From an uncultured Paraprevotella sp. (GTDB lineage Bacteria; Bacteroidota; Bacteroidia; Bacteroidales; Bacteroidaceae), in the NCBI GenBank assembly GCA_944321975.1, contig CALUNJ010000002.1:1680-65679 (forward strand): DNA of 64,000 nt, in the 5' to 3' direction. Below the pieces are notes generated by a model that saw only the letters and a list, made by a program, of their open reading frames with translations, did no database searches and had not been told where the DNA came from. Shown here piece after piece: positions 51,012 to 60,825 of the stretch; positions within the stretch are counted from its first letter, which is position 1; each line of letters starts with the position of its first letter. The position numbers were made by a program, and so were the translations under genes.

Positions 51012-52979
51012 TTATTGGGTTAATAAATTGTTTTTCTCTTTGCTGAACGGGAATCCCCTGAAGAGCCTGCCGCTGCCTTCCAGGTCTGGTCCGAAGTAGA
51101 ACCCGGGTTGAGTGGGCTGGTTGTAGGCCACGTTCTGTGTCGCCACGCTGAGCCGGTAGGGACGGTCTTCCAGGAACGTGTGGAACCGGTAGGACGTGGG
51201 GCAGGGTGACACGTAGATGCGCAGGGCGCGGCTGTCTGCCGTGCGGGTCACCACTTCTTCGCGCCAGTCGCCCAACAGGTCGGCCTGCAGGCAAGGGTTG
51301 CTCTTGGAACCATTATTGAAAAGGCAACCCCCGAATCGTGCCAGCGGGCGGCAAGTCTGCGTTTTCCAGTCGTATTTGCTCACGGTCTCGTGGTCCAGCA
51401 TTTCCCGGAGCAGGTCGCCGTCCCACCACACGGCCATGTTGGCCGGAAGTCCTTTGGGGGCGGCACACACCACTTCCCCCCTGATGTTGCGGATGCCGCC
51501 CGAAGCCGACGACCACATCTCCACGCCATAGTTCGTGGGGTCGATGTCGGCGGCCATGCAGCGTCCCACGTCCTTGTCCGAAGGGATCTGGAAGATGACC
51601 TTTCCCGTGGCCGCGTCCCGGAAATCGCTGCCGTCGCGGCGGTTCTCATGGCAGTCCCACACTTGCAGGCGGTCGGACGAGGGGTCGAACGCCGTCAGGT
51701 GCATCGCGTCGCCGTGGCCGAACCGGGTGTTGTAAAGCCCCGTGCCATCGTGGTCGATCGCGCAGGAGCCATAGGTGATTTCGTCGCATCCGTCGCCATC
51801 CACGTCTGCTACGCGCAGGTTGTGGTTGCCCTGTCCGGCATAGGAAGCCCAGCGGGCGGAATCGGTGTCGAAGACCCAGCGGGAAGTCAGCCGCCGTCCG
51901 TCCCAGTCAAAAGCTGCCACCACAGTCCGGGTATAGTAGCCACGGCACATGACGAGGCTCGGCTTGCGGCCGTCCAGATAGGCCACTGCGGCCAGATAGC
52001 GCTCGCTGCGGTTGGCATAATTGTCGCCCCAGCCTTCCACCCGCCCTCGGGGGGGCACATAGTCTGTCGTGTGGAGCGCTTCGCCCGTTTCGCCGCTGAA
52101 CACGGTGAGATACTCCGGCCCCGAAGCCACGTAGCCTTTCCGGGCGGGGGACGTGTCTCTTGCACCTTCGCGATAGTCGGCCGCGGCATTGCCGATCACC
52201 GTGCCGCGCCCGTCCACCGTGCCGTCGGCGGTCTTGGCCGCCACTTCGGCCCGCCCGTCGCCGTCCAAGTCGTAGACCATGAATTGTGTGTAGTGTGCTC
52301 CGGCGCGGATGTTTCGCCCTAAGTCGATGCGCCACATGCGACGGCCGTCCAATTTGTAGGCATCGAGGAATACGGTTCCCGTGAATCCGCTTTGGGAATT
52401 GTCTTTGGCATTCGTCGGATCCCATTTCAGCACGATTTCCATTTCGCCGTCGCCATCCAGGTCGGCCGCCGAGGCGTCGGCCGCCACATAGGCGCATGAT
52501 TCCCCGTCCGGCATGGTCTGCCGCCCTGGTTGTTCCAAGGGGATTTCCAGATAACCGCAAGGTGCGTCGGGCGGCAGCGTGTATAGTCCGTGTGCCAAGC
52601 TTTGGTCTTCTTTGCCGTTCACCACGGGCCGCACTTCATACCGCGTGGCTGCGGATGAGGGGTTGCGGTCGAAAAACTGGGTGGAAGTCCTGACAGGCTC
52701 GGGGGTGAGCAAGTGGCCGTCGCGGTAGACATTGAACCCCACCTGCACCGGGTCGGCAGAGAGATAGCGCCACCCCACCATTACGGTGTCGGTCGAAGTG
52801 CGGATGGCCACCACGCCTCGTCCGAGCTGTTCGCCGGTGGTGTTTGCCGGATTTTCTTTGTCCGGTGAAAGCTGTAGCTTTGCCATGTGTGGGAGTCCTT
52901 GAGCCTCCACTGCTGCGGCTGGCCATGCGCTCCACAGGAAAAGAAGGCCTCCGAGAATTGTTTTCCAATCGTTTTTCAT
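51012..52979 (-). CDS. Rhamnogalacturonan lyase, PL11 (YesW-like)
   Basis: E.L.RGVVA, DLDGDGE.EI..KWDP, NIRAGAHYTQ, RGYYTR, GHGDAMH, QNVAYNQP. Confidence 0.93.
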   Translation of the reverse strand: MKNDWKTILGGLLFLWSAWPAAAVEAQGLPHMAKLQLSPDKENPANTTGEQLGRGVVAIRTSTDTVMVGWRYLSADPVQVGFNVYRDGHLLTPEPVRTSTQFFDRNPSSAATRYEVRPVVNGKEDQSLAHGLYTLPPDAPCGYLEIPLEQPGRQTMPDGESCAYVAADASAADLDGDGEMEIVLKWDPTNAKDNSQSGFTGTVFLDAYKLDGRRMWRIDLGRNIRAGAHYTQFMVYDLDGDGRAEVAAKTADGTVDGRGTVIGNAAADYREGARDTSPARKGYVASGPEYLTVFSGETGEALHTTDYVPPRGRVEGWGDNYANRSERYLAAVAYLDGRKPSLVMCRGYYTRTVVAAFDWDGRRLTSRWVFDTDSARWASYAGQGNHNLRVADVDGDGCDEITYGSCAIDHDGTGLYNTRFGHGDAMHLTAFDPSSDRLQVWDCHENRRDGSDFRDAATGKVIFQIPSDKDVGRCMAADIDPTNYGVEMWSSASGGIRNIRGEVVCAAPKGLPANMAVWWDGDLLREMLDHETVSKYDWKTQTCRPLARFGGCLFNNGSKSNPCLQADLLGDWREEVVTRTADSRALRIYVSPCPTSYRFHTFLEDRPYRLSVATQNVAYNQPTQPGFYFGPDLEGSGRLFRGFPFSKEKNNLLTQ

Positions 52980-53134
52980 GAATTTTCAGTTCCAGAACAT
53001 GCAAAATTAGGAAAAAACCGAAAAGAAACCGACATGTCCGACTTATAAAATCTATTAAAAACTTCAGCCTCGTTCATAGAAAAGGCTGGCAAAAGGTCGG
53101 TTCATAGCTGAAAATCTATTATATTTGCATCAAA

Positions 53135-54379
53135 ATGGAACAGAACAAGAAGATAAGGCTGTTTTTTACGCTCTTGGCATTCCTCGCGGCGTGTTTCATG
53201 GGCGGGCAGGCGGTTTGTGCCGCTGTGGCACAAGATGCGGACGGCAAGTTCACGCTGGTGATCGACGCCGGGCATGGCGGGCGGGATCCGGGTGCCATCG
53301 GGCGCTTTTCGAGGGAAAAGAACATCAACCTGTCCGTGGCCAAGGCTTTCGGCAAATTGGTGGAGCGGAATTGTCCTGACGTGCGGGTGATTTATACGCG
53401 GACCACGGATGTGTTTGTTCCCTTGGGGGAGCGTGCAGAGATTGCGAACAAAGCCCGTGCCGACTTGTTTGTGTCCATCCACACGAACGCGCTTCCGGGA
53501 AAGGCTGTCGGACGCGGGGCGGAAACCTACACGCTCGGAATGGCGCGGGCGGACGAGAACCTGGAAGTGGCCAAACGGGAAAATTCCGTCATTCTCGTGG
53601 AAGAGGACTATCAGACACGTTATGAGGGCTTTGATCCGAAATCGTCGGAAAGTTACATCATCTTCGAATTGATGCAGGATCAGTACATGGCGCAGAGCGT
53701 GGAGTTTGCCAAAATGATACAGAAGGAGTTCCGCACCACGGGCGGGCGGCAGGACAAAGGCGTTCATCAGGCTGGATTCCTCGTGCTGAGGGAGACCAGC
53801 ATGCCCAGCGTGCTGATAGAGTTGGGCTATATTTCCACCCATGATGAAGAAGCCTTCCTGAATTCGCAGAACGGCATCCGGAAAATGAGCCAAAGCATTT
53901 ATAATGCCTTTGTCGATTACAGGCAACAACATGGGAAGGGCGGGGCTGGCCAACCGTCGCCGCAAGAACCGGAACCGCAGCCGGACGACCATGCGGCCGT
54001 CGAAGGGGCTGCGGAAAGCGACATTGCTGTGCTGACGGGGGAAAAAGAGGCTTCGGAGGGGCAGGACGCACGGCCTGAGGAGGCTCATGCGCCAGCGGAA
54101 AAGGCCGAAGCACGGCTGGTGTTCAAAGTGCAGCTCTTGGCTGCTACGCGGCAAATACCAGCGGGAAGCAAACGTTTCAAAGGACTTTCTCCGGTGGAAT
54201 TCTATAAGGAAGGAGGCTATTATAAATATACTTACGGGGCGACAGGCGACTACCAAGAGGCTCTTGAATTGCGCGAAAAGGCGAAGGAGTATTTCGAGGG
54301 CGCATTTATCGTGGCTTTCAAGGGGGAACAGAAAGTGCCGCTCAGCGAGGCAATCAAGGAATATAAAAAGAATAAATAG
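53135..54379 (+). CDS. N-acetylmuramoyl-L-alanine amidase (Amidase_3)
   Basis: IDAGHGG.DPGA, FVSIHTN, MPSVLIELGY; TATATTTG at 53120. Confidence 0.93.
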   Translation: MEQNKKIRLFFTLLAFLAACFMGGQAVCAAVAQDADGKFTLVIDAGHGGRDPGAIGRFSREKNINLSVAKAFGKLVERNCPDVRVIYTRTTDVFVPLGERAEIANKARADLFVSIHTNALPGKAVGRGAETYTLGMARADENLEVAKRENSVILVEEDYQTRYEGFDPKSSESYIIFELMQDQYMAQSVEFAKMIQKEFRTTGGRQDKGVHQAGFLVLRETSMPSVLIELGYISTHDEEAFLNSQNGIRKMSQSIYNAFVDYRQQHGKGGAGQPSPQEPEPQPDDHAAVEGAAESDIAVLTGEKEASEGQDARPEEAHAPAEKAEARLVFKVQLLAATRQIPAGSKRFKGLSPVEFYKEGGYYKYTYGATGDYQEALELREKAKEYFEGAFIVAFKGEQKVPLSEAIKEYKKNK

Positions 54380-54387
54380 AAGAACTT

Positions 54388-55278
54388 ATGAAATATTTTA
54401 CGAAAGAAGTCAAAATCGGGCTTACCGGCATCGTGGCCATCGCCGCGCTCTTCTTAGGGCTCAATTTCCTGAAGGGGGTCAATTTGTTCAAGTCCAGCAA
54501 TTCCTATTATATAGAGTTTTCGGACATAAAGGGGCTGGCCAAATCCGGCCCGGTGTACGCCAACGGATATAAGATAGGTGTCGTGCGCGACATCCAGTAT
54601 AATTACCAGAATCCAGGCCATGTGGTGGTGGAAGTCAGCGTGGAAGAGGGGATGCGGTTGCCCAAAGGCACTGAGGCGAATTTGGTGACGGCCATGCTGG
54701 GCGGTTGTGACCTTCATCTGACATTGCCCACGCAGGCCGCGGAACATTATGTGCCGGGCGACACGCTCAAGGGTGCAGACACGGACGGACTGATGGACAA
54801 GGCGGAAGACATGTTGCCCCAGGTGGAACAGGTGGTGAGCAAGGTGGACACGTTGATTTCCACGCTCAATGCCTTGGCATCAAATCCGAACTTGGCGGCT
54901 ATTATGAGCAACGCCAACGAAATCACGGCTAACTTGAGCGAAAGCAGCCGCCAGCTCAATGCGATGCTGCACAAGGACATGCCGGCCCTGACGGGGAAGA
55001 TGAACCAGATCGGCGATAATGTGATCACGCTGACGAACCACATGAATGAACTGGATTTGCAGGGCACGCTTGCCAAGGTGGACACTACGCTGAACTACGT
55101 GCAGCTCATGACGGAGAAACTGAACAGGGATGATAACACCTTAGGGCTGTTGCTGAACGACAGCACGCTGTATAACAACTTGAGTAACACGGCAGGAAGC
55201 GCCAATAACCTGCTTATAGACCTGAAGGAAAACCCCAAACGTTACGTTCATTTCTCTCTCTTCGGGCGTAAGGATTAG
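54388..55278 (+). CDS. MlaD/MCE family protein
   Basis: KEVKIG TM anchor, GL....PVY.NGY.IG.V, DLKENPKRYVHFS. Confidence 0.9.
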   Translation: MKYFTKEVKIGLTGIVAIAALFLGLNFLKGVNLFKSSNSYYIEFSDIKGLAKSGPVYANGYKIGVVRDIQYNYQNPGHVVVEVSVEEGMRLPKGTEANLVTAMLGGCDLHLTLPTQAAEHYVPGDTLKGADTDGLMDKAEDMLPQVEQVVSKVDTLISTLNALASNPNLAAIMSNANEITANLSESSRQLNAMLHKDMPALTGKMNQIGDNVITLTNHMNELDLQGTLAKVDTTLNYVQLMTEKLNRDDNTLGLLLNDSTLYNNLSNTAGSANNLLIDLKENPKRYVHFSLFGRKD

Positions 55279-55334
55279 GCTGAAAAAGACCTTTTATTTT
55301 TTATTTTTTTTCTCCGCTGAATACAAGGATTTTA

Positions 55335-55376
55335 AGCCTGCCTGCTGTTTCCGCCAGCAGGCAGGCTCTTGTTTTT
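55335..55376 (+). terminator. Terminator after mlaD-like gene
   Basis: AGCCTGCCTGCTG / CAGCAGGCAGGCT followed by a T-rich tail. Confidence 0.65.
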
Positions 55377-55449
55377 ATCGCGGAATATTCCGAAATTTGC
55401 AATGTAGAAGCAAGGGTATTTTCATAAGGACGAAACATCTATCGAAAAA

Positions 55450-56853
55450 ATGGAAGGGTCAGCTCAAACGCGTTGGGAGAGTTGTCTGCAACTCATTCGG
55501 GGAAGGGTGAACAAGAAAGATTATGAAACGTGGTTTGAACCCATTCAGATCATTTCTTACGACGGGCAGACACTGACGTTCGGACTGCCAAGCAAATACT
55601 TCTATGAGTTTCTTTCGGAGCACTTCGGCGGACTGATTTATCAGGCCGTGAGGCGAGTGTTCGGGGAGCGCACGCAATTGAAGTATAGCCTGACAGACCA
55701 GACGAGCCATGTCACAGTCAATATTGAACCGGTCAGGCAAACGGTTCCGCCCCAGCATGTGGCTATGGCGGAGGAGGCGGCGGAAAGAGGCGATCGCCAA
55801 GTGCGTGTTTCCCTTCCGCAGGGGCTTGATCCCCAGTTGAATCCGAATTATAGCTTTGACAATTTCATCGAGGGGGCCAGCAACAAGCTGCCTCGTTCGG
55901 TGGGACAAGCCATAGCGGAGCATCCCCGGCAGTCTACTTTCAATCCGCTGTTTATCTATGGTGCTTCCGGAGTCGGAAAGACTCATCTGGTAAATGCCAT
56001 CGGTGCGAAAATCAAGGAACTGCATCCGGAAAAACGGGTGTTGTACGTGTCGGCGCATCTGTTTCAGGTGCAATACACGGATTCTGTGAGAAAGAACACG
56101 GTGAATGACTTCATCAATTTCTATCAGACGATCGATGTGCTCATTATCGATGATGTGCAGGAATTCGCCAGCCTGACGAAGACGCAGAATACGTTTTTCC
56201 ACATATTCAATCATCTGCACCAAAACGGGCGCCAGCTGATCCTGACATCCGACCGTCCTCCCACAGCCTTGCAAGGCATGGAAGAAAGGTTGCTGACCCG
56301 TTTCAAATGGGGATTGCTGGCTGAGATTGAAAAACCGAACCAACAATTGCGGCATGACATTTTGGAAAGCAAGGTGCAACGCGACCATTTGAAAATGCCG
56401 GAAGAGGTGATTGACTATGTGTCGGAAAACGTGAACGACAGCGTTCGCGAGCTGGAAGGGGTCGTCAATTCCCTGATGGCCTATTCCGTGGTGTGGAACC
56501 GTGACATTGACCTGCCTTTGGCTGAGCAAATCATCAAGCGTGCGGTCAAGGCGGAGAATAAGCCGGTCACGATAGATCTCATTCTTGACACGGTTTGTAA
56601 CTTCTTTAATGTGAAACGGGACGACATTTTCACCAAAAGCCGGAAGCAGGCCATTGTGCAAGTGCGGCAAATCGCCATGTACCTGGCGCAGAAATACACC
56701 AAACTTTCTTCGGCGCGCATAGGTGCGCTCATCGGTAACCGTAACCATGCCACGGTGTTGCATTCCTGCAAGATTGTGGAAGACCGCCTGCATGTGGACA
56801 AAGCGTTTAAAGCCAAGGTGGACGAAATCGAGAAATTGCTGAAGAAACGTTGA
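55450..56853 (+). CDS. dnaA: Chromosomal replication initiator DnaA
   Basis: FNPLFIYG.SGVGKTHL, IDDVQ, VRELEG, RQIAMYL, NHATVLH. Confidence 0.98.
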   Translation: MEGSAQTRWESCLQLIRGRVNKKDYETWFEPIQIISYDGQTLTFGLPSKYFYEFLSEHFGGLIYQAVRRVFGERTQLKYSLTDQTSHVTVNIEPVRQTVPPQHVAMAEEAAERGDRQVRVSLPQGLDPQLNPNYSFDNFIEGASNKLPRSVGQAIAEHPRQSTFNPLFIYGASGVGKTHLVNAIGAKIKELHPEKRVLYVSAHLFQVQYTDSVRKNTVNDFINFYQTIDVLIIDDVQEFASLTKTQNTFFHIFNHLHQNGRQLILTSDRPPTALQGMEERLLTRFKWGLLAEIEKPNQQLRHDILESKVQRDHLKMPEEVIDYVSENVNDSVRELEGVVNSLMAYSVVWNRDIDLPLAEQIIKRAVKAENKPVTIDLILDTVCNFFNVKRDDIFTKSRKQAIVQVRQIAMYLAQKYTKLSSARIGALIGNRNHATVLHSCKIVEDRLHVDKAFKAKVDEIEKLLKKR

Positions 56854-56990
56854 TGACGCGCCGCGATGCGGTGGAAGGCAGGAAGCCTTGCCGTCAACCT
56901 GCCTATGGCCTGCCGGGCAAGGATGCTTCCCCTTCGGACGGGAGGCGTTCGCTTTTTTTCTCTTCACTTTTCGTCATCCCGTATTAACAT

Positions 56991-57038
56991 GAAAAATCCG
57001 CGTATCCCTTGGCCCAGGCCGGGAGACGCGGATTTTTC
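56991..57038. terminator. Stem-loop between convergent dnaA and surface-protein genes
   Basis: GAAAAATCCGCGT...ACGCGGATTTTTC. Confidence 0.65.
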
Positions 57039-57127
57039 TATGGGATTCCCCTGCTTTCCTGAGGCATATTGGCGGAATGCCGGGAAGGGTTTGCACTCAT
57101 GTGTGTAGAGTAATCTCTCAAAAGGGA

Positions 57128-59650
57128 TTATCTTTTGATTACTTTGATCGTCTTGCGGATCACGCCGTCGTTCATGGTCAGCAAGTAAAGCCCCTTGCGC
57201 AGCCCTTCGACCGGAATCACGGTCGTGCCCTGGCCGGCTTCCATGCGCTCCAGCGTCTCGCCGCTCAGGCCGATGAGAGCCACGTTCCATGTCTTTCCCG
57301 TTTCGTTGCGGATGACAATTTGGCGGTTCACCACCGTGCGTTCTACGGTCAGTGCGCTGCTTTCTGTCGATTCGATGCCGCTTGGGCGGTCATCGGCCTG
57401 GAGTACGATTCTTATATACGCTCCGCCGGCCAGTTCTAGAACTTTGTTCAGCCGGTAGATTTTCTCACATGGTAAATAGCCTGGAGCCTCCGCCCGCAAT
57501 AAAATTTCGTCGTCTGAGATGTTGAAGATGCTCACGTAACCGTAGGCGTCCGTCTCGTAAACCTTGCCGTTCACCGTGATTTTCGCATGCCCGATTTCTT
57601 CTCCGGCAATGTTTTCCACATCTATCTCAAACAGGACCCCTTCAAGCGGTTGGTCTGCCTTCAAATTCACATTTACGGTCTGCCCGGCCACAAGGGTCAC
57701 GTTCGTCTCCGGAGAAAGATGTATGTGGAAGCCCTCATAATCGGCAGCCTCGGCCACTAAAGTATAAGTGCCGGGAAGTGCTATGAAATAGATTTCGCCC
57801 TCGGAAGACAGTTCACCGTCATCAAATTGGCGTCCCTCTTGAAACATGTTGAGGAAATTCGCCTCCAATCCTTCTGGTGCCGAAACTTGGATTTTCGCAA
57901 TCCCCATCTTTGCGAAGTCGGGGCCTAAGGTCATGGACGTGCCGGACACGTCCTGCTTTTCCTGATAGTTGAAGGCCACAGGTGCATCGGAAAAATAGTA
58001 GGCTTCTATTTCCCAATCAAACGAAAAGTTCCCTTCCGGCAAGCGTACCACCAGAGGATTCCCCGAATAATTATTCGCCAGATTTATGTCTGCCAATGAC
58101 AATACTTGTGCGTATTTCACTTCGCAAGAAAGTTCCTGGTTTACAATGAACTCCGGCGTGTTTTGCGCTGCTAATGTCACTTCCGTCACGGGGCAACGGT
58201 CGAAGTCCACCGTGATTCGCCGGTCTTCTTCTCCGACCACTAAAGTGTCGATGGTCCAGAAATTATACCGTCCGTTCCATGGTTCCGCACTTTTCACCGC
58301 ATACACATACGTCCCGGGGAGCAGGTGGGTGCCACATTCCAGCGGTTCGGCGGAACGGGTGGCTCTTCCGCTTTCGGACATCCCCTCCTCCGGAATTTCC
58401 GGGTTGTTCTGATAAGCCACGTAGCAGTCTGCCACTTCCGCATTGTCGCGGAAAATTACCACCGAAAGATTTCCGGCGTCGTCCGGCTCGTTCACCAATT
58501 CGAAATCCACGGCCGAATAGTCCGTGCGGTTGAAAGAAAGTTTCACTTCCTGCGTGGTGGTAGAGTTCATGATGCCTTCGGCTGGCAGATAGGAGAACTG
58601 GTAGTCGTCCACTTCGAAACGGTATTTATATTCGCCCTCAGGCATATAGACTTCGAAATAGGGCTGGTCCGCATCTTTGTAATATTCGTCATATGCCACG
58701 CCGATGCATTTTAGCTCCAGTCGGGCACTCGAAGGATTCTCCATGTCAGCGGAGAATACTACTTTCTTCCATCTTTGTTCCTTATAGGAGAAATCCACGT
58801 TCGTCTCCTTCCCCGAAGCCACGAATGCGAAATCTTCCTCCACATCCCCCATGTTGATATAGTTCTCCCCTATATAAATGGAATAGATATAGGAGCCGGG
58901 GTTCAGGTAAACTTGCAGTTTGCCGTCTGCGTCCGTATAGAAGTCCGCGTCCGTGGGATGCAGGTAGATGGCTGCCCCTTCGGCAGGCTGCCCCTCGGCA
59001 TCCTCTATCGTGAAAGTAGTAAGGGACATCTCGGCCAACGGTTTTCCGACCGTCACGGCCACATCCCGATCCTCCACCGTCACCGTGCCGCCGTCAAAAG
59101 CCACGGTCGTCCCGTCGGGTGTATGTCCGGTCACTGTGTAGACGTATTCATCAGCCAGTTTATACATCCCGTCCGGCATCATGGTGGTGTTTACGCTCAA
59201 CGGGCCGCTTCCAATCTCATCCCCGCTTTTCACATACAAATCCTGCAAGATGGCTTCATATTCCGAAGGGCTGGCCGACGTGAAACTCACATAATGATAA
59301 GGGGAGAAGTCTGCTTTCACGTTGACCGAGCTGACCTCCGGGTTGGAAAAATCCACAAGAACCTGAAGCGGCCCTTCGAAAGAGATGGAGCCGTCCGGCA
59401 TCCTGAGCGAAAGGTAATTCAGGCTCTCATAGGTATAGGTTACTTTGCCGCGGAACGTATGAGTGGCCGCATCCCATGTGAATCCGTTGTCGGGCATTCC
59501 CACCCCGTCCAGCGTCAGTTCCAGCTGGGACAGGTCAAAACGTTCGGAGGCAGACGGAATCACTTCGATGGCCGTGGGAAGTGTCCGTGCCTCCTGTGCC
59601 TGGAGTGTGACCGTCCACAGCGTACACAAAAGGAATAGAATTTTTTTCAT
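57128..59650 (-). CDS. Large acidic secreted protein with beta-sandwich (carboxypeptidase-regulatory-like) repeats and T9SS-like C-terminal domain
   Basis: Signal peptide MKKILFLLCTLWTVTLQA; TDADG, L.PG.Y motifs; C-terminal KGLYLL...KTIKVIKR. Confidence 0.75.
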   Translation of the reverse strand: MKKILFLLCTLWTVTLQAQEARTLPTAIEVIPSASERFDLSQLELTLDGVGMPDNGFTWDAATHTFRGKVTYTYESLNYLSLRMPDGSISFEGPLQVLVDFSNPEVSSVNVKADFSPYHYVSFTSASPSEYEAILQDLYVKSGDEIGSGPLSVNTTMMPDGMYKLADEYVYTVTGHTPDGTTVAFDGGTVTVEDRDVAVTVGKPLAEMSLTTFTIEDAEGQPAEGAAIYLHPTDADFYTDADGKLQVYLNPGSYIYSIYIGENYINMGDVEEDFAFVASGKETNVDFSYKEQRWKKVVFSADMENPSSARLELKCIGVAYDEYYKDADQPYFEVYMPEGEYKYRFEVDDYQFSYLPAEGIMNSTTTQEVKLSFNRTDYSAVDFELVNEPDDAGNLSVVIFRDNAEVADCYVAYQNNPEIPEEGMSESGRATRSAEPLECGTHLLPGTYVYAVKSAEPWNGRYNFWTIDTLVVGEEDRRITVDFDRCPVTEVTLAAQNTPEFIVNQELSCEVKYAQVLSLADINLANNYSGNPLVVRLPEGNFSFDWEIEAYYFSDAPVAFNYQEKQDVSGTSMTLGPDFAKMGIAKIQVSAPEGLEANFLNMFQEGRQFDDGELSSEGEIYFIALPGTYTLVAEAADYEGFHIHLSPETNVTLVAGQTVNVNLKADQPLEGVLFEIDVENIAGEEIGHAKITVNGKVYETDAYGYVSIFNISDDEILLRAEAPGYLPCEKIYRLNKVLELAGGAYIRIVLQADDRPSGIESTESSALTVERTVVNRQIVIRNETGKTWNVALIGLSGETLERMEAGQGTTVIPVEGLRKGLYLLTMNDGVIRKTIKVIKR

Positions 59651-59759
59651 AAGCGTAGTTTTTAAGGGTGAATACTTGTCTTGTTCTCTTTTCAAAGATA
59701 AGCATTATCCTCTGCGCTGTGAATACTCCCCCAATTTATTTCCTTGGCGTTAATAACCT

Positions 59760-60515
59760 TTAACGCTTCGGCCAGTCCAAGAAGCCTTGCCTTCTCAAGG
59801 CCTGTAGTATTCCTTCGCTCATAGCCTCGTTATCTTTCTTCGTATAGCGGATGTCCGTGAAGACTTGGGCCAGCGTTTCCTTGTGGTTGATTTCCACAAA
59901 ATGGCGGTTCTCGGGCAGCTCCTCTTTTTCTTTATAGTAGCGGTCTATGTCGTTTGGGGAATAGTCTTGGTAGACTTCTTCGTGTGTGATGGATTCCAGG
60001 GGCAGGCGGTCGGTTTGCGGCGGTTGCTCGTCGGGCCATCCCACAGTCAGCGTGGCTACGGGCATTACCAGGCGCGGCAGTTTCAGGATGTCGATGATCT
60101 GCGACGGCATGTAGAGGGTTGTGCCAAGGTAGCATATGCCCAGTCCTTCCGCTTCGGCCAGATTGCAGAATGTCTGGGTGAAGAGCAAGGCGTCGGTTGC
60201 CGCATTCAGGAATGAAAGGAAATTGTCATATCCGGGGACGGCGTCGCGCTGCTCCGCCCATCGCACGGTGCGGTTGAAGTCCGCGCAGATTGTGAGCACC
60301 ACCGGGGCCTGCGTGACCATGGGCTGGTTGAAATGTGCCGGGGCCAGCCGTCGTTTCATTTCCATGTCGCGGGTCACGACGACGCTGTAGAGTTGCATGT
60401 TGCCCATGGTTTGTGTGCGTTCCGATGCGGCCAGCAGCCGGTTCAAAAGTTCTTTGCCGACGGGCTTGTCGGCGTATTTCCGGATGCTTCTCCGTTTTTT
60501 CAGTGAATCTATCAT
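59760..60515 (-). CDS. NfsA/Frp-like NADPH-dependent nitroreductase
   Basis: RRSIRKY, QLYSVV, CADFNR, GLGICYLG, RLP. Confidence 0.9.
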   Translation of the reverse strand: MIDSLKKRRSIRKYADKPVGKELLNRLLAASERTQTMGNMQLYSVVVTRDMEMKRRLAPAHFNQPMVTQAPVVLTICADFNRTVRWAEQRDAVPGYDNFLSFLNAATDALLFTQTFCNLAEAEGLGICYLGTTLYMPSQIIDILKLPRLVMPVATLTVGWPDEQPPQTDRLPLESITHEEVYQDYSPNDIDRYYKEKEELPENRHFVEINHKETLAQVFTDIRYTKKDNEAMSEGILQALRRQGFLDWPKR

Positions 60516-60825
60516 TTTACTTGCGTTTTTATTTCATGCAAAGATACATAAAATGTTCCATAAACAGCTATTCTACAAAACATTTTGTTTTCCCGGATTT
60601 ATGTTTTTGGAAACTTTTTTGCGGTTTTAAAAATGTAAAATGCTTGTTTTTAATACAATAGCTGTTTGAAGCGGAAAACTTTCCGTTTTGATGGAAGATT
60701 TTAAGTGTTTCTTTTGGCCATATCGGAAAACATGTGTAGCTTTGCACCGAGATGAGGACAGACCGCCATTGCTTCTACAAAACGAATGACGGAATCATAT
60801 AAGAATAACCCTAAAACAAACCGCA

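Noticed and set aside
55279-55449. oriC upstream of dnaA
   Set aside because: Short region with a terminator hairpin and no cluster of consensus DnaA boxes
60516-60825. Cobalamin riboswitch upstream of nrdJ
   Set aside because: Conserved B12-box elements not recognised; the leader after the promoter motif is only about 80 nt
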